Source: Balanoglossus misakiensis (Eukaryota > Animalia > Hemichordata). Taken from it: a stretch of DNA of 64,000 nt. This document shows positions 51,601 through 64,000 of the stretch, piece by piece. The translations under genes were made by a program, and so were the position numbers. The DNA lies in contig CM082577.2 of NCBI GenBank assembly GCA_040954595.2, forward strand, positions 7,651,846 to 7,715,845, in the 5' to 3' direction. Under the pieces are notes generated by a model. The model was not told the origin of the DNA, made no database searches, and saw only the letters and a list, made by a program, of their open reading frames with translations. Each line of letters starts with the position of its first letter. Within the stretch, counting starts at the first letter, position 1.

Positions 51601-51864
51601 TTGCAAGAAAAAAATATTGTTTTTTCCACAGATCAACTCTTCACATGTAAAAAACGAAAAATTAAGATTTGAAATAAAAATTCTTCCCACAGTAATTTTA
51701 TTTTTGTGCTTCCTATAATTTGTTTGAAGATATTATGTAAATACGTACTTTGCATACGTACATGTTCATAAATTTACAACATCAGTGCCTAGAAATTGGG
51801 TATGACAGAAGCTGAGCTGACAACACTGATCGACGTGAAGGTCATATAATATATGCAGCTTGTT

Positions 51865-51880
51865 GGATTTCGGTTTCGGT
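51865..51880 (-). promoter_or_regulatory. ISRE-like element upstream of the PPPDE-like gene
   Basis: Minus strand reads ACCGAAACCGAAATCC (GAAANNGAAA). A second IRF-type AAATGAAAGT is at 52141-52150. Confidence 0.45.
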
Positions 51881-52338
51881 GGCGAGAGAGAGGGCCGCAC
51901 CTTGTATTCTCACTAAGTTACCCAATCTGATTAAAATCCGATGTAGTGTTGGGCGTTGTCTTTACCTTTCCTGGTTCTTGGTTGTTCGGAAGCGTGGACA
52001 GCGCCTAACTCTACATCTGATTATAATCAGATTGTAAGTTACCATATGGTATAGTAGCGTTCACTTTATTGTATATCACGCGCTTTTACGTCATAAAAGT
52101 TATGAGGAAATGGGGTTTAACCTGCAGACATGTGATCGAAACTTTCATTTGACTTCCCCATTCAATTATTAGTGAGGCTGTTTTTGAAGCAGGCACCTCG
52201 TCAGACATTCTCGGGATATAGAAATATCTGCCGTTCATTGAAATCGAGCTATCCGTTGACGTTGTCTTTCACTGTTCAGCTGTCTTCACTTCGCAGACCA
52301 GTCTGTGTCGGGGTAACATTTAGGTGAAGAGCGCAACG

Positions 52339-53289
52339 ATGAAAGAAGTATTTCTATCTTTCATTTTCGTTGCGTGTGCATGCGCAGCCGTTGCTGATCA
52401 ACCCGCTCACAGTCGCAGTCGTCGCCAGAGTCCAGTGTGTGGAAGCACCAAATTTTATTGTCCATACGCCACTGGGGATCACTGCAAGCCAAGGAGTGCA
52501 CGATGTCTGACTGAAACAGAGAGAACCGAGGATAGCTGTCTGAATCCCCAAACTAATAACGAGGAAGGCTGTCGGGGAGATCTCAAAACTGGCGTTTTTG
52601 AAATCTGGGACGGATGGACTCGTCTTTTATCACTGTCGTCAACTTCGTCGTCTCGTTCTCACCATAGGTTGAAGCATGAATTCGTCACGTCTTATCGCGG
52701 TTTCACTTACGAGTACGGTCCGAAAGGTCTCTTCGTGTTGGACATCAGCGACCCCAATTACAGGTATAACACCAAGAAGGTGACGGAGTTCACCAAAGTC
52801 GGAACCAGCCGATGCAAGATGGACGCCCAACAATTGTCAACTTTCTTCAAAGAGTGGACCAAGAAAAAGTACAACGTTTTCACTCACAACTGCCAACATT
52901 TTTCAGACGAATTGATCCGCATTCTGAGAAGTAACTGTGGTTCGGCGCTGTTCAAAAGCGGAAATACGGAAAAATTCGACATCGCCGTCGAAGAAATTGA
53001 GCATTACGACAAGGAGAACGACTCCGTATTTTTGCAAGAATCCATGTGGTCAGACGGAAGTTTGGATTACGAGGACGAGCACCCCGTTTTGAAATCACCA
53101 GGTCCCTTAAGGGAAGGTGACGTCACTCATGATAGTAATATTTCTGGACAAACTGTTGGATTTGTTGTTGTTGGGATTGCATGTGCATTTTTGATCGTTG
53201 TAATTATGGTAGCCGTCATAGTGATACGTGGGCGAGCAAAGCAAAACGGGGAAAATGAAGCGTTGCTTGGAAATGGCAACACTCCTTGA
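52339..53289 (+). CDS. Uncharacterised type-I membrane protein with a luminal PPPDE/DeSI-like (permuted papain-fold) domain, ~316 aa, intronless CDS
   Basis: Features are a signal peptide, RSRR furin site, Cys-rich segment, HEFVTSYRGFTYEYG (His strand), YNVFTHNCQHFS (Cys motif), hydrophobic TM, and a short tail with ENEALL. The first ATG is 52339, preceded by an acceptor TTCGCAG at ~52296. Confidence 0.7.
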   Translation: MKEVFLSFIFVACACAAVADQPAHSRSRRQSPVCGSTKFYCPYATGDHCKPRSARCLTETERTEDSCLNPQTNNEEGCRGDLKTGVFEIWDGWTRLLSLSSTSSSRSHHRLKHEFVTSYRGFTYEYGPKGLFVLDISDPNYRYNTKKVTEFTKVGTSRCKMDAQQLSTFFKEWTKKKYNVFTHNCQHFSDELIRILRSNCGSALFKSGNTEKFDIAVEEIEHYDKENDSVFLQESMWSDGSLDYEDEHPVLKSPGPLREGDVTHDSNISGQTVGFVVVGIACAFLIVVIMVAVIVIRGRAKQNGENEALLGNGNTP

Positions 53290-53631
53290 TTGACAGTACT
53301 AGTATTGAGAAATCCTTGTAACATATGAAGAATAGTAGAGGTATTCATAGAGATATTTACACTAGAACATACATGTATTTTCTGTATTTTGGAACATAGG
53401 AAAACATTTGTAACCATGCAAAATTCTCATTCTAATCCAGATATGAACTGAAAGTATTCCCGTGTTCTGACAAAAAGGGTTTTGAAAATATGCATAAACG
53501 TCAATTTTTAACGCAGTACAGTTCATTATAGTATAATTATGTAAAAGCGATACTGGGGCAAACTATTCCACTGGTGTAGATTGGTGAGAATTCTACCACC
53601 GTCGATTCACCGTCGATTCATTGCCAACATT

Positions 53632-56600
53632 TCACACAAGTATTCCTTGGCATTCTTCGCCTTGACAGTCTGGGTATGGGAAGGTATCCGGAACGATGTT
53701 GACCTCGGAGGTGAATTCAAACAAAGTATCGCGTGGACCAGGAAATGATGCCTTTGAAGATAAAAGTTTGGAGAAGTGAGACATTGAATTCGTTTGTTTT
53801 TCATTTTAAGAGTTTCATAGTTGAGCTAAACCCTTCTTGTTGCAGAGTGTAATATCTTACCTGTATGAAAACAGCAGACCAGCCCACTTCTGGTTTAGAG
53901 ATGTCCACTCTGAATTCATAGTCCGTCTGAAGGAAATGGTATATTAATAAGACACATTTATCGACCATGTATACAGTCACTTTCTCCGATCAGTTCAGAC
54001 CGATTTCAAACAGACATGGTAATACAATATTATTGTAATTGTTCGTATTCATATACATGTACTGTGACTGGCCATTCCGTGGAAATAAAGACTTTTTCAT
54101 TTTGACTGAAAATCACTGGTCGTTCCTTTCTCTTGCATCAACGGCAGGTCGTTTTAGTAAATGAGGACAATTAAACGTTCTCAGACAGAAAAAAACAGTA
54201 CATGTACAACTCTCTATACTGAATCACAGGTAATAAGTGTTATCTGCTTACCACTCTACTGACACCCATCGGATACCACATCACGACTTGGGGTTTGGGT
54301 TTGGATGATCCTTCCTTCTTGGCGATTTCGAGCCGAAAATCCCTCCTGGGAAGCACAAAAGAGAGATTGGTGTACAAGACGTAGGCCTACACGCACGTTG
54401 ACTTATATACAAAAAGAGACGCACAGCTGTCTTATTGGAATCATTCGTAATGTATATTAGGCCTGCAGGAGTTCCGTTTCTGTCTTGTATAAATTCGAAT
54501 GTTTGAAAGAACAGTTTCGACTAAACTGTTTATGTAGTGAATCGGTGTCGTTGTTTGTTTGTTTGTTTGTTTGTTTGTTTGTTTGTATGCAATGCATGCA
54601 TGCATTCATGCATTCATGCATGTGTGAGGTTGTGTGTATACCTTTTGTCCGATGGTGTGGTTGACACAAACGCACTGATGTAAACTGGAGCGGTGTCCGT
54701 ATATAAAGTTATACTTCCCCCGCTTGCTGTCTGAAGGAAAAAATTGACGTTATGGTTTTTATTTTATCACCGAAGCTGACAGGATCATATTTATTATTGG
54801 ACCATGTCGTGGTACAGTTCTGTGTTTCTATTTACTGTAAAGTTTCGGTGTTACTTCGGAAACAATTAAATACTCACCTGGTTTCTGAGCCACGATATTT
54901 TTGGACGGGGGTGTTCCTAAGTGGGATGAAATGGGATATTTTCAAAAGTTCAGTACAGCTATTACGTACGCGTGTAATTGCGAAATAAATAATGAAAATA
55001 GCCCTATAAAATTGGGAATATGTGCTGTCGAACTTACTTCTAAGACGCTGAGATAAAACGATTTTAGACCCTGAAAGACATTTTCACGGTGCCCTCTCAT
55101 GCTGTGGTCGGCATTAGGCAAAAGTCTGTTAAGAGGTTGCAAGTATATATCCAACATTAACTTCGGTCAACCTTTTTGGTACATACGGTCCCTTGTCGCC
55201 ACCAACGGCAGGTATGATAAATCGCACCGTGGCTTGCTTAGGGGAATAGGACCAGAAACAGTACAAAAATGCTCAAAAAGAGTCAAAAGTTACAGTCAAT
55301 GTCCCTTTAATTACCTCAGATATGTCTCACCCTTCATACCCTCATAATAATAATGAGAATCGTCTGGCAGAAACAATGGATCCCCAGTTGATGTGATGAC
55401 GTATTTGGGCATCGTCAGTCTCTTCCGGTAGGCTAGAATAAGCATTTTTTTTAAATTGCGCTTAAGTCACTGTTCTTCAAAAATACTGATGGTTCTAGTT
55501 TTCAATCGCTTGCAATCATAGTTGAGCCCAATCCTTCTTGCGCCACCATCACCATAGAAACCGATCTACTTCGAGCCTTTCACGTGTGTGTGCTTTTTAG
55601 TTCGGTTCCAGTTTGATAAAGTAAGTTTCAAACACTGGCATGGGTCAGCCAGCTTTGTTTGTTGTTTGTCGTTGTTGTTGTTTATATAGAAAACTGGTTT
55701 TGGTTCTAGCCGAATGAAAGATTTCATTAATATGTTTTAAAACATTCACTCACAATACGGATCTACGATATCGACTAATTTCTTCATGTTTGGCGTCGAA
55801 AGGTCTCGCATGATTCCTTCGTCGTAGTATGGATAGAAAGACCACGTCCATCCACCCATTGAACGATAATGGTGATGAAAATTCTTAAAACAAGTACATG
55901 TATAGGAAGATAAACTTAAACTTTAAAATTAAATAACCGCACTTTATTTGCGCCGAGGCATTCGGCAAATGAAAATAAATATTTTGTAATCTCAACCTGT
56001 GTTGGTGGACGACCTTAATACAAAATACATCAAAACTGACCCATTTTGTCACATGTGTCTCGTAATCAGATGATCACAAATCTTAAAGTATTTATGATGA
56101 AAGTAATGTGACTGATGGGTTTTAACTTACTTCCAACATATTAAGGCAATCCAGCACCATGGGGGCGATGGCTATGACGCGTTTATCGACGGCAGCAGTT
56201 GTCCATGTTGTCCAACCTCTCTGACAATCGATGGTAGAATTGCACAAGGGAAGGGGAAAATTATATAAGAAATAAGATTCATGACAAGTTAGCCTTTTGT
56301 AAAAATATAAAAATTTTGTTGACAAATATGCCTACCTTTGATTCTCCAGCAACCATGAATCTTTTGACATGCGCCGTGCGTTCTTTCTTGCGAACAAAAT
56401 GGGCAATGGTGTCCATGGCTCGTACTGCCGCCTGAAATACAGATGTGATGGATGTTATAACTCGTAAAATTGTTTAATATCTTTTATGGGACTGAAAGAA
56501 GGTTGACTATAACATCAGGCATGGAAAACTATGGTTGGAAATTGAGGAAGATACGGCGAAAAGACAGCTCGAAACCTCATCATGTCACACCTGTTCACAT

Positions 56601-58327
56601 AAAGGCCTCTATAAGTGACATTTTCAACAGTAAAAAAGAATATCTTTTGCCAGCTAGCACCCACGAGCTCAATTATATCGCTGTATATGTGTATGTGTAT
56701 GTACAACAAACCATTTCAGCCAAACGACTATGTACCTTGGTCATTGGTAACCGAGCTAGCCACTCTGGTTTGGTCGGATCGTCTATGTAATGTCTCCACG
56801 TGTAAGAAATTACGGAGTCTTCTTTCCGCGATTCATTTTTCGGGTCACTCTGTGGTTGGCAAGAATTAATAAAACTGTAAATTTATGATATTTGAATTTG
56901 AAAGGAGAAACGTTGGTTTTAGACATTGATTCTTGGCGAGGCGTCTCAATTATGAGTGAAAAGGGAGAATAAAGAAGTGACGTACCCAGTACACCACTGG
57001 TTGGTTGGGCACGTTGAATAAAACAGCACCTATACTAAGATATGAACAAAGAATGTCATATTAAAACTAGCTGAAGACCAGATGGATGTTCCGTAAACAA
57101 TGCGTTTTCAGCGCACTCTCTTTTCGTTTACTGCAGTTGCTTTCTTTTCTACAGACAAGTCCAGCAATGCAATTATATTATATCTTGATTGGTATATATT
57201 GGCGACGGTCCCAAATCTTGTAGTGATCCATCGACTAAGTAAATTCTCATCAATCTCTAACAACAGTGCCTTCGGAGAAGAGGATCATGGCGAGCGCCCC
57301 CAAACAAACCATTGTATTGTTGTGTCAGTTTCTACATTCTAAAACATTTTTTCTTGACCACTGAAAACTTACCTTCCTGTACTGACTGCAAGTTCTGAAG
57401 TCGTTAGAATATCTTCCGTATATGGAGAAGGAAGTCTTTGTTGATGCGAAAATAGGAATATTAGCTATTACAGATTTGACACGTTTAACAATTACCTTGA
57501 TAGAAACAGTGGTGATTATTTTCATGACATGTTGTTTACATTACATGATCTTGCGTCGAAGCTAAAGACTTTCATCATTGTTCACTCAAAGGATACAAAG
57601 GTTTACAATGTATATAGGATGGGCAAGGGCCGGACAACATTTTTTACAAAATGATTGAGCTACTGTTCTAAAGGCAATTTCGCTTTCAATAGAATTAAAA
57701 TTGGGGATGACGTAGACTTGCTGGGGCTATATTTTTACTTTTACTGCCGTGGAAGCTATGAGCGAATTCGCAGTTTCTAGAATCGTATCATGAACTCACT
57801 CTGTGTTGTCATTGTCACCGTTGGATATGTACATAAAGGCCGCATCGCGATGGAAGAGACGGTGTGGGATTGTGATGGAGAGACAATGCCACCATATGGA
57901 CCGGCTGACGTCATCATCTAGAAGGATTAAGGGGCAGAGAGACATACAGGTTCACAGACATACAGAAACACGGAGATACATAGAGATACACAGAGAATAG
58001 AGAAAGAATGAGAAATTCGATATTTTATTGCATTCAATGATTAACCAGAACTACGGTCAGACCCGTGTGGAAACTTTCAGGTATCTCTTGTCGCAGTACC
58101 CGAACAGCAATTTTGATTTTACATGTCACATCCAACTTACCCGTCAGCCATCTCTGTGACGTCATGTTCACCATGTAAACCGTGTATTTGCCCTTGACAA
58201 CGTGTTTGTAGTCAAGTTCTTCATATTTGTAGTGGTCGTCGGGTGCGTTGACGTAGTCATCCAAAGGGGTGGCAAGGGCAACGCCAAAAAGCGCTGCCAA
58301 AATGCAGAATGCGCGTCGAAAAAACAT
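53632..58327 (-). CDS. PqaA/AprA-like (PhoPQ-activated pathogenicity-related / autocrine proliferation repressor A-like) secreted alpha/beta-hydrolase-type protein, copy 1, ~15 exons
   Basis: Signal peptide plus [68 protein letters not shown] and [16 protein letters not shown], ending in TGA at 53634-53632. Confidence 0.85.
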
Positions 58328-59617
58328 TGTGGGAACTCAAAAAACGCACGCCTGGATTTGTCAGCTCCTTTGAGAAAGTTCACCGACCCACTTAGACCCA
58401 GACCATGTACCTTTGGACCATAGACAGGACCTTCTATATACTGTCTATGTTTGGACCAACCGCATCTCTCACCAAAACAACCCAGGAATGCCAACCCAGG
58501 TTATGTCAATCGGAGGGGTCGAAATGCGGTGTAAAGTTCTCACTGTATCACCTTTTGCTGGGGTTTGTGGGATGAAGTGTTAAACTGTAACATGTACGCT
58601 TAGCTGGTCCTGTGTATTATTACTTCTGATACTATTTTCAGTATTTTATTTTGTACATCCACCACAGTTTCGTGACAAATATATAACCAGCTATGTTATT
58701 TTTGACATACATACATACTGTACATGTACATGTACATGTACATAGTTTTTGCACTTACCAAAATACTAGTAATATATTATACAATTACTAGTATAATAAA
58801 TCACCAAAAGTTACATCTACAGCCACGTTAATGTGAGGGTATACAGACGGGTGACCTCACCTCGTGTAGAACGGGTGTTTGTTGGCCGTTCTACTCGCTA
58901 CTGGTGTCATATGACAAGCACCTGATTCAAAATGCGGTGTAAAGTTCTTGTCTTATCAAACTGCACTCTGGATTTGTTTGGTAAGGCGAGTAAAGTATAT
59001 GTAAAAGATATGTGTCACAAGTCAGAATATAAATGTGTGTCTGACATGTTAGAGGGACAAAGTCGTTCCAGCTACGATTTGGAATGCTTTAGCAAACAAG
59101 ATCAGCTTGAACACCATGAACACTAACAAGTAACAAATTCAACTGTTCAAAATTATCATCAGGAAGACTGTGACATCTCTCTCTCTCGCTCTCTCTCTCT
59201 CGCTCTCTCTCTCTAAATCGGCAATAATCACTAACTTCCCATTAACAAGTTGAATTAAACTTAGATATTTATTCAATACCGTGACGAAATCTGTGAGAGT
59301 AATACATTTTTTATAATTTGTAAAAACCTCTTCTTACAGAAAAACGATAAAATACAAAAGACTAATACAATCGAACACTTCAATTTATTCAAAATAATGC
59401 TATCTGTATGCCTGAGTAAATAGTAAATTATGCCACATTATATAGGATGCATGTAACCGTTCATTACACTGAAGCCTTTTAAAATATAACATTGTTAACT
59501 AGATTATTGAGCGTCGAAGTCTCTATTGAAACTGATCATATATTTTCTAAGCCTGAACGTAGCATTCGGCCATACGTTTGAAATCAATATTTCAGTTCAA
59601 TTCAGGCTGACTACAGC

Positions 59618-62600
59618 TTATACCAAGGTCCCCAAACAACCCGTGCCGTGGCATTCTGGGAAGGGGAATACATCCGGTATAATGTTAACTTCTGTGGTGA
59701 TTTCCAGCGTAGTGTCGGCTGGTCCCCGGAAATTGGCCTGGAGAGCGATAAAAACACAATGCTTAAAAAATTTCACCGAGCCCACTTTCAAAACAGAAAT
59801 CAATATCGTTGCAATAAATCATGGAGTGGTGTCATTCGCGAGGGAATATGACATGTCACGACGACCAGTAAAGCTCATGTCGGACTGATAGGTGCGTGTA
59901 CATTGAGAAAGAGTCACCGCCAGTAGACATAATTTTGATTGTTCACTCTTGTACAGGACTATTAGCCATAGAAGGGGCATTACCTCCACCCGACACATGT
60001 GAACTCACCTGAATAAAGAAACCAATCCAGCCTGTCTCGGGTTTCTGGAATTCACATTTATATTCGGTGTCACTCTGAATAAATAATTATAAATGCAGTG
60101 ATGAATTCACAAGATGTGATATACATACATACTATAATATCGCTGTTACAATGCATACTCAAACTAGTACTTTGTCTTCACAATCTCATACTGGCTTGCG
60201 TTTGTTGTATGTTATCATTACAACTGCATGATCATGCTGCTTTAACTTTTACACAGTTGGCACTTCCCATATATGCCGCCTACTAGTGTTATTTTTCATA
60301 CTTACCAGTTTCCGCACTTCATAAGACAGCCAGATAACCGGGTGAGGCACTGGTTCACCAGTCGTAGGGTCTGCTATTAGAAGACGGAAGTCACGCCTGC
60401 AAGTAAACATGGTGAATTCTGGTGTTAGTAAACTATAGCCTTGTACAAAAGGTTGATTTTTTAATTTCTTCGAAAATGACCCTAGAATAAATTTGTCGAC
60501 GAAGATGGTTTTAGCAGCTGCAAATACCGTATTGTACAATATATTGTGAAATGTAGTCAATTAATAAATCCATAAATATTTGGAATTGTCGACTGACATT
60601 CACTGCATGCTGCACCGGTTTCGCTCTTCAAAGGGTTAGTGCCTGGGCAACGTCTGTAAGGTATTATGATGCTCGGTCGAAACCCTCAAAGAGAAATCCG
60701 AATATCTCACCTTTTCCCGTCCATTGTTTGTGCCCTGTAACACCTGACCGACACCGGCTTTGTGTCTGTGTTCATTGTGATACTCCCGTGGGTAGCTGTC
60801 TGTAGATCACGGTGAGAAAAATATACTTTGAGACGATTTCTTCGAGAATATATTACACCAGAACCATACCTCACATAGTCAAAAGAGAAATTTCACATTG
60901 GACTAACTCGTCCGAGTGAATGATATTTCACACACGTACCTCGTTCCTAACCCACGTCATCTTCGGCAATTTTCTGTTCTGTCAGAACACATAAACAAAA
61001 AAATATTAGTTGGGAATCGATCTCGCGACATTGAGCTCATAACAACTCACTTCAACAGTATCAACAATGAAGTGATCTTACCTCAACAACGCTTAAGAAG
61101 AAAGATCTGAGGTTGAGAACAGTCTGAGCATAGTGGAGAATTAACGAGTGTTCTGCGTTTGGAGTTATCCTTCAAAATAAGAACAGAAAACAATCGTCAT
61201 CATCACAAGTTTAGGGGGTGAAAGAGATGTGGTATATATTATCACAGTACATGAATGGAAGAAATGTATCCCTTTCATCAGAAAATTACAATGATAAATG
61301 TTAGAAATACGACAAGTTTTCACATCTCACCTCAAGTAAGTCGGCCCTTTCAATTGGTCGTAGTAATAATGCGAATCATCTGGTAGGAAGAATTCGTCAC
61401 CACCAGTGGATATAATCAGCTTCGGCATGGTCAGTCGATCTTTGTAAGCTGTAAACAATATAATTGACATGTATGTAGACTTATTGTTGTGGTGAAACAT
61501 TATAACCACATTCAGGCATGTTACAAGAAAAAATAATATGTAAAGATGAAATTGATGCATTGGATGCCTGTTACAGATCGTGATCACGCAATATATACTG
61601 CAGTTTACAGGTAAGTTAGTGTTACATGTATCTATCTTTTAATTTACCGACCTAGGGGATCTATTATGGCAGCCATCTTTTGCATATTTGGACTATCCAG
61701 CAATTTGGTGACGTCTTCTTCGTAGTAGTCACTGAATGCAAATGTCCATCCTCCGTACGCCCGGTAGTGATGGTGAAGATTCTAGAAACGAAAGCCAAAC
61801 AAACCAAGTTAAACGATGTAAACTCTTGGAAAAAAATAACGTAGTTTTGCAGATAATTTGGCCTAAAGCGCCAGAGACACCTGAACAATGTAATATGATC
61901 ATTGAGCTGCCCATTACCTTGACCATATTCAGTTCGTCCATAACTATGGGCGCCGCGGCTATTACACGCTTATCGACAGCAGCGACCGTCCAGGTTGTCC
62001 ATCCTCGCTGTCAAGCAATGATAAAATAACACAAATAAATGCATAGTACAAAAATTAATGATAGCATCCTCTTGCAATTAAAAAGTGACTGAATGCAACA
62101 CAACACAACAAGACGCATTTGCCACTGTTCCAAAGTTTAAAATGTTCATCATGAAGATCGACGCGACAGCATCTACTTTGTACAAACTTTTACACGTCTA
62201 CCGTTATCACTCAATTGGTTGATTTGGAAAAGATAGCCAAGTCTATAGTTAGCGACAACTAAAAATTAGTAATACAAAAGGGGGAAAATACGATAATTTA
62301 TGGTAAATGGAAATACCTTGGAAGCACCAGCCACCATGAATTTTGTAATATTTGTCTGTGGAGCCTTTTTGTGACCGACGTCAGCAATTGTATCCATGGC
62401 ACGAACAGAAGCCTGACAACAAAAAAATACAGGTTTCGCTTTAGTACTCCACTCTGTCTGTCTGTCTGTGTCTGTATGTCTGCCCGCCTCTCTCTCTCCC
62501 TCTCTCACTCTCCCCCTATCCCGTTAGTTTTGTAGGCCATGCCCCATTTTGCAATCGTAAGATTTATAAGAACTTAAACGTTGCCTTTAACGTGGATGGC

Positions 62601-63772
62601 ACAGTAGACGGACAAACGTGTCTCTCAACAAAATAAAAGTTATTTTTCGAATACACTTTTGCGACCCGTCATTTATAGGGAGACTATTTCTTGATGTGAC
62701 ACACCTTTGTCATGGGCATGCGCAGAAGCCAGTCAGGCTGAGAGGGATCATCCATGAAATGTTTCCAGGTGTAAGCGATGATACCATCTTCCGTTCGACT
62801 CTTGTTCTTTGGGTCTCCCTGTATTTAAAGCGAGAAATTAAACGACGTCAATCGACATTACCATAAAAGGTACACAGTCACCTTTACCTATAACATTTAT
62901 ACATAATACTAATACAAGGCAATTTCAAGGTCTTCAAATGACCGTTTGGTGACGCACTTTTCTCTCGGATAGTTGTCAGATCTTTGTACGTGTCTACAAG
63001 TGGTCTTTTTGATGACTTACTAGTAGTTTCCAAACAAACACAATACAAATTCACAAACTCACCCAAAATCTGATGTGTTCGTTTGGGATTTGTTTTAAAC
63101 ACGCTCCAATGCTGAAACGACAAGTGAAGATTATGGCAGGCCATTTAATGGAATAACATACTTAGACATTATGATTCGCATCACATACATGTATGTTGAA
63201 AATGTAGGCGAGGTGTGTTTAGGACAGATCACCCGGGAATGTGTTTTAGGTTATTCACTGATCCCATCGCACAGTACAGTGCACTTTATTTGCTACGCGC
63301 CATGTTCTACTTCCGACGTGTGTCATCATGTCACGATTTCTTCGTCTGGTAATGGCAGTTAGTCAGGCGAGTCCTTACCTGCCGGTTGCTAGGGCGAACA
63401 GTGACGTCATCAAAACTTCTTCGTCTCCAAGGGGATCCGGAGGGCTGCGATTTGAACAAGGAAATAAAAGTATACGTAACAAAGACACGTAAAACACTTC
63501 CTGGAAAGTGGTACAGGGAAGCAAATATACAAAGTACTAAATTATAAAAACGAAGTGTACAAAATTTAGTGCAACTTTAAAGGGGCAGATTTTCAGTAAA
63601 ATGAGTAAAAAATGGGTGAAAAATGGAACAGAAAATAATTGTGACCTCCGACACTCACCTATCAGAGTTACTACCACCTGTGATGTACATAAATGCTGTA
63701 TCTAAGATTTTCAATTTGTGTGGTATGGTGATGGCCAAGTAATGAAACCAAATCGATCTGTCTGAGTCCTTT
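59618..63772 (-). CDS. PqaA/AprA-like protein, copy 2, 5'-partial (first exon beyond the window end)
   Basis: Exons encode [60 protein letters not shown] and TTEVNIIPDVFPFPEC. Exon boundaries match copy 1. Confidence 0.85.
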
Positions 63773-64000
63773 TCTGAAAATGACGAATAGAAAATACAAA
63801 ATTGTGTCAGGAAAAACAGGTGTCATTAAAGTTTTAAAGAAGGGACGTTTCCCAGAGATTCCGCAGTCAAACCTTACTCACAAACTGTGATGTCTCCCTA
63901 GATACATGTATATTTGCCCGTTATCAATGATGCTATCAATGAATGAATCGAGATCCCGCACTTCGAACTAGAGACACAAACTCTTATCTCGTGTATATCT

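Noticed and set aside
53632-55320. AprA-like copy 1 looked truncated in the ORF track
   Set aside because: Manual reading finds all the short 3' exons in frame through the terminal exon, so it is not a pseudogene.

Overview
This is a gene-dense, intron-containing eukaryotic window. It is most consistent with an invertebrate deuterostome (hemichordate or cephalochordate type), which is inferred from gene content and not proven. From left to right it holds: the 3' part of a four-jointed/FJX1-family Golgi kinase (+); two tandem histamine N-methyltransferase-like genes (-); two tandem TLR3-like receptors with intronless CDSs (+); PSMD12/RPN5 (-); PLA2G6/iPLA2-beta (-) head-to-head with a small Maf gene (+); a 1.47-kb non-autonomous TIR element with TAC..GTA ends and a 6-bp TSD (IS3EU-like); MAP2K4 (+); an intronless type-I membrane protein with a luminal PPPDE-like papain-fold domain (+); and two tandem PqaA/AprA-like hydrolase genes (-), the second running off the window. 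The most notable observation is the TLR pair. Both copies keep nearly all dsRNA-contact residues and the BB-loop alanine of vertebrate TLR3, appear to lack two central LRRs including the cleavage-loop repeat, share a gene-conversion tract, and differ in their TIR domains. IRF/ISRE-type motifs precede both TLRs and the unusual PPPDE-like gene, which suggests an IRF-responsive endosomal antiviral module. Other signals are PLA2G6-small Maf microsynteny as in human, MARE/ARE sites inside the Maf gene, and a cluster of same-orientation CTCF-like motifs. All calls come from manual reading and recalled family motifs; no database search was run.
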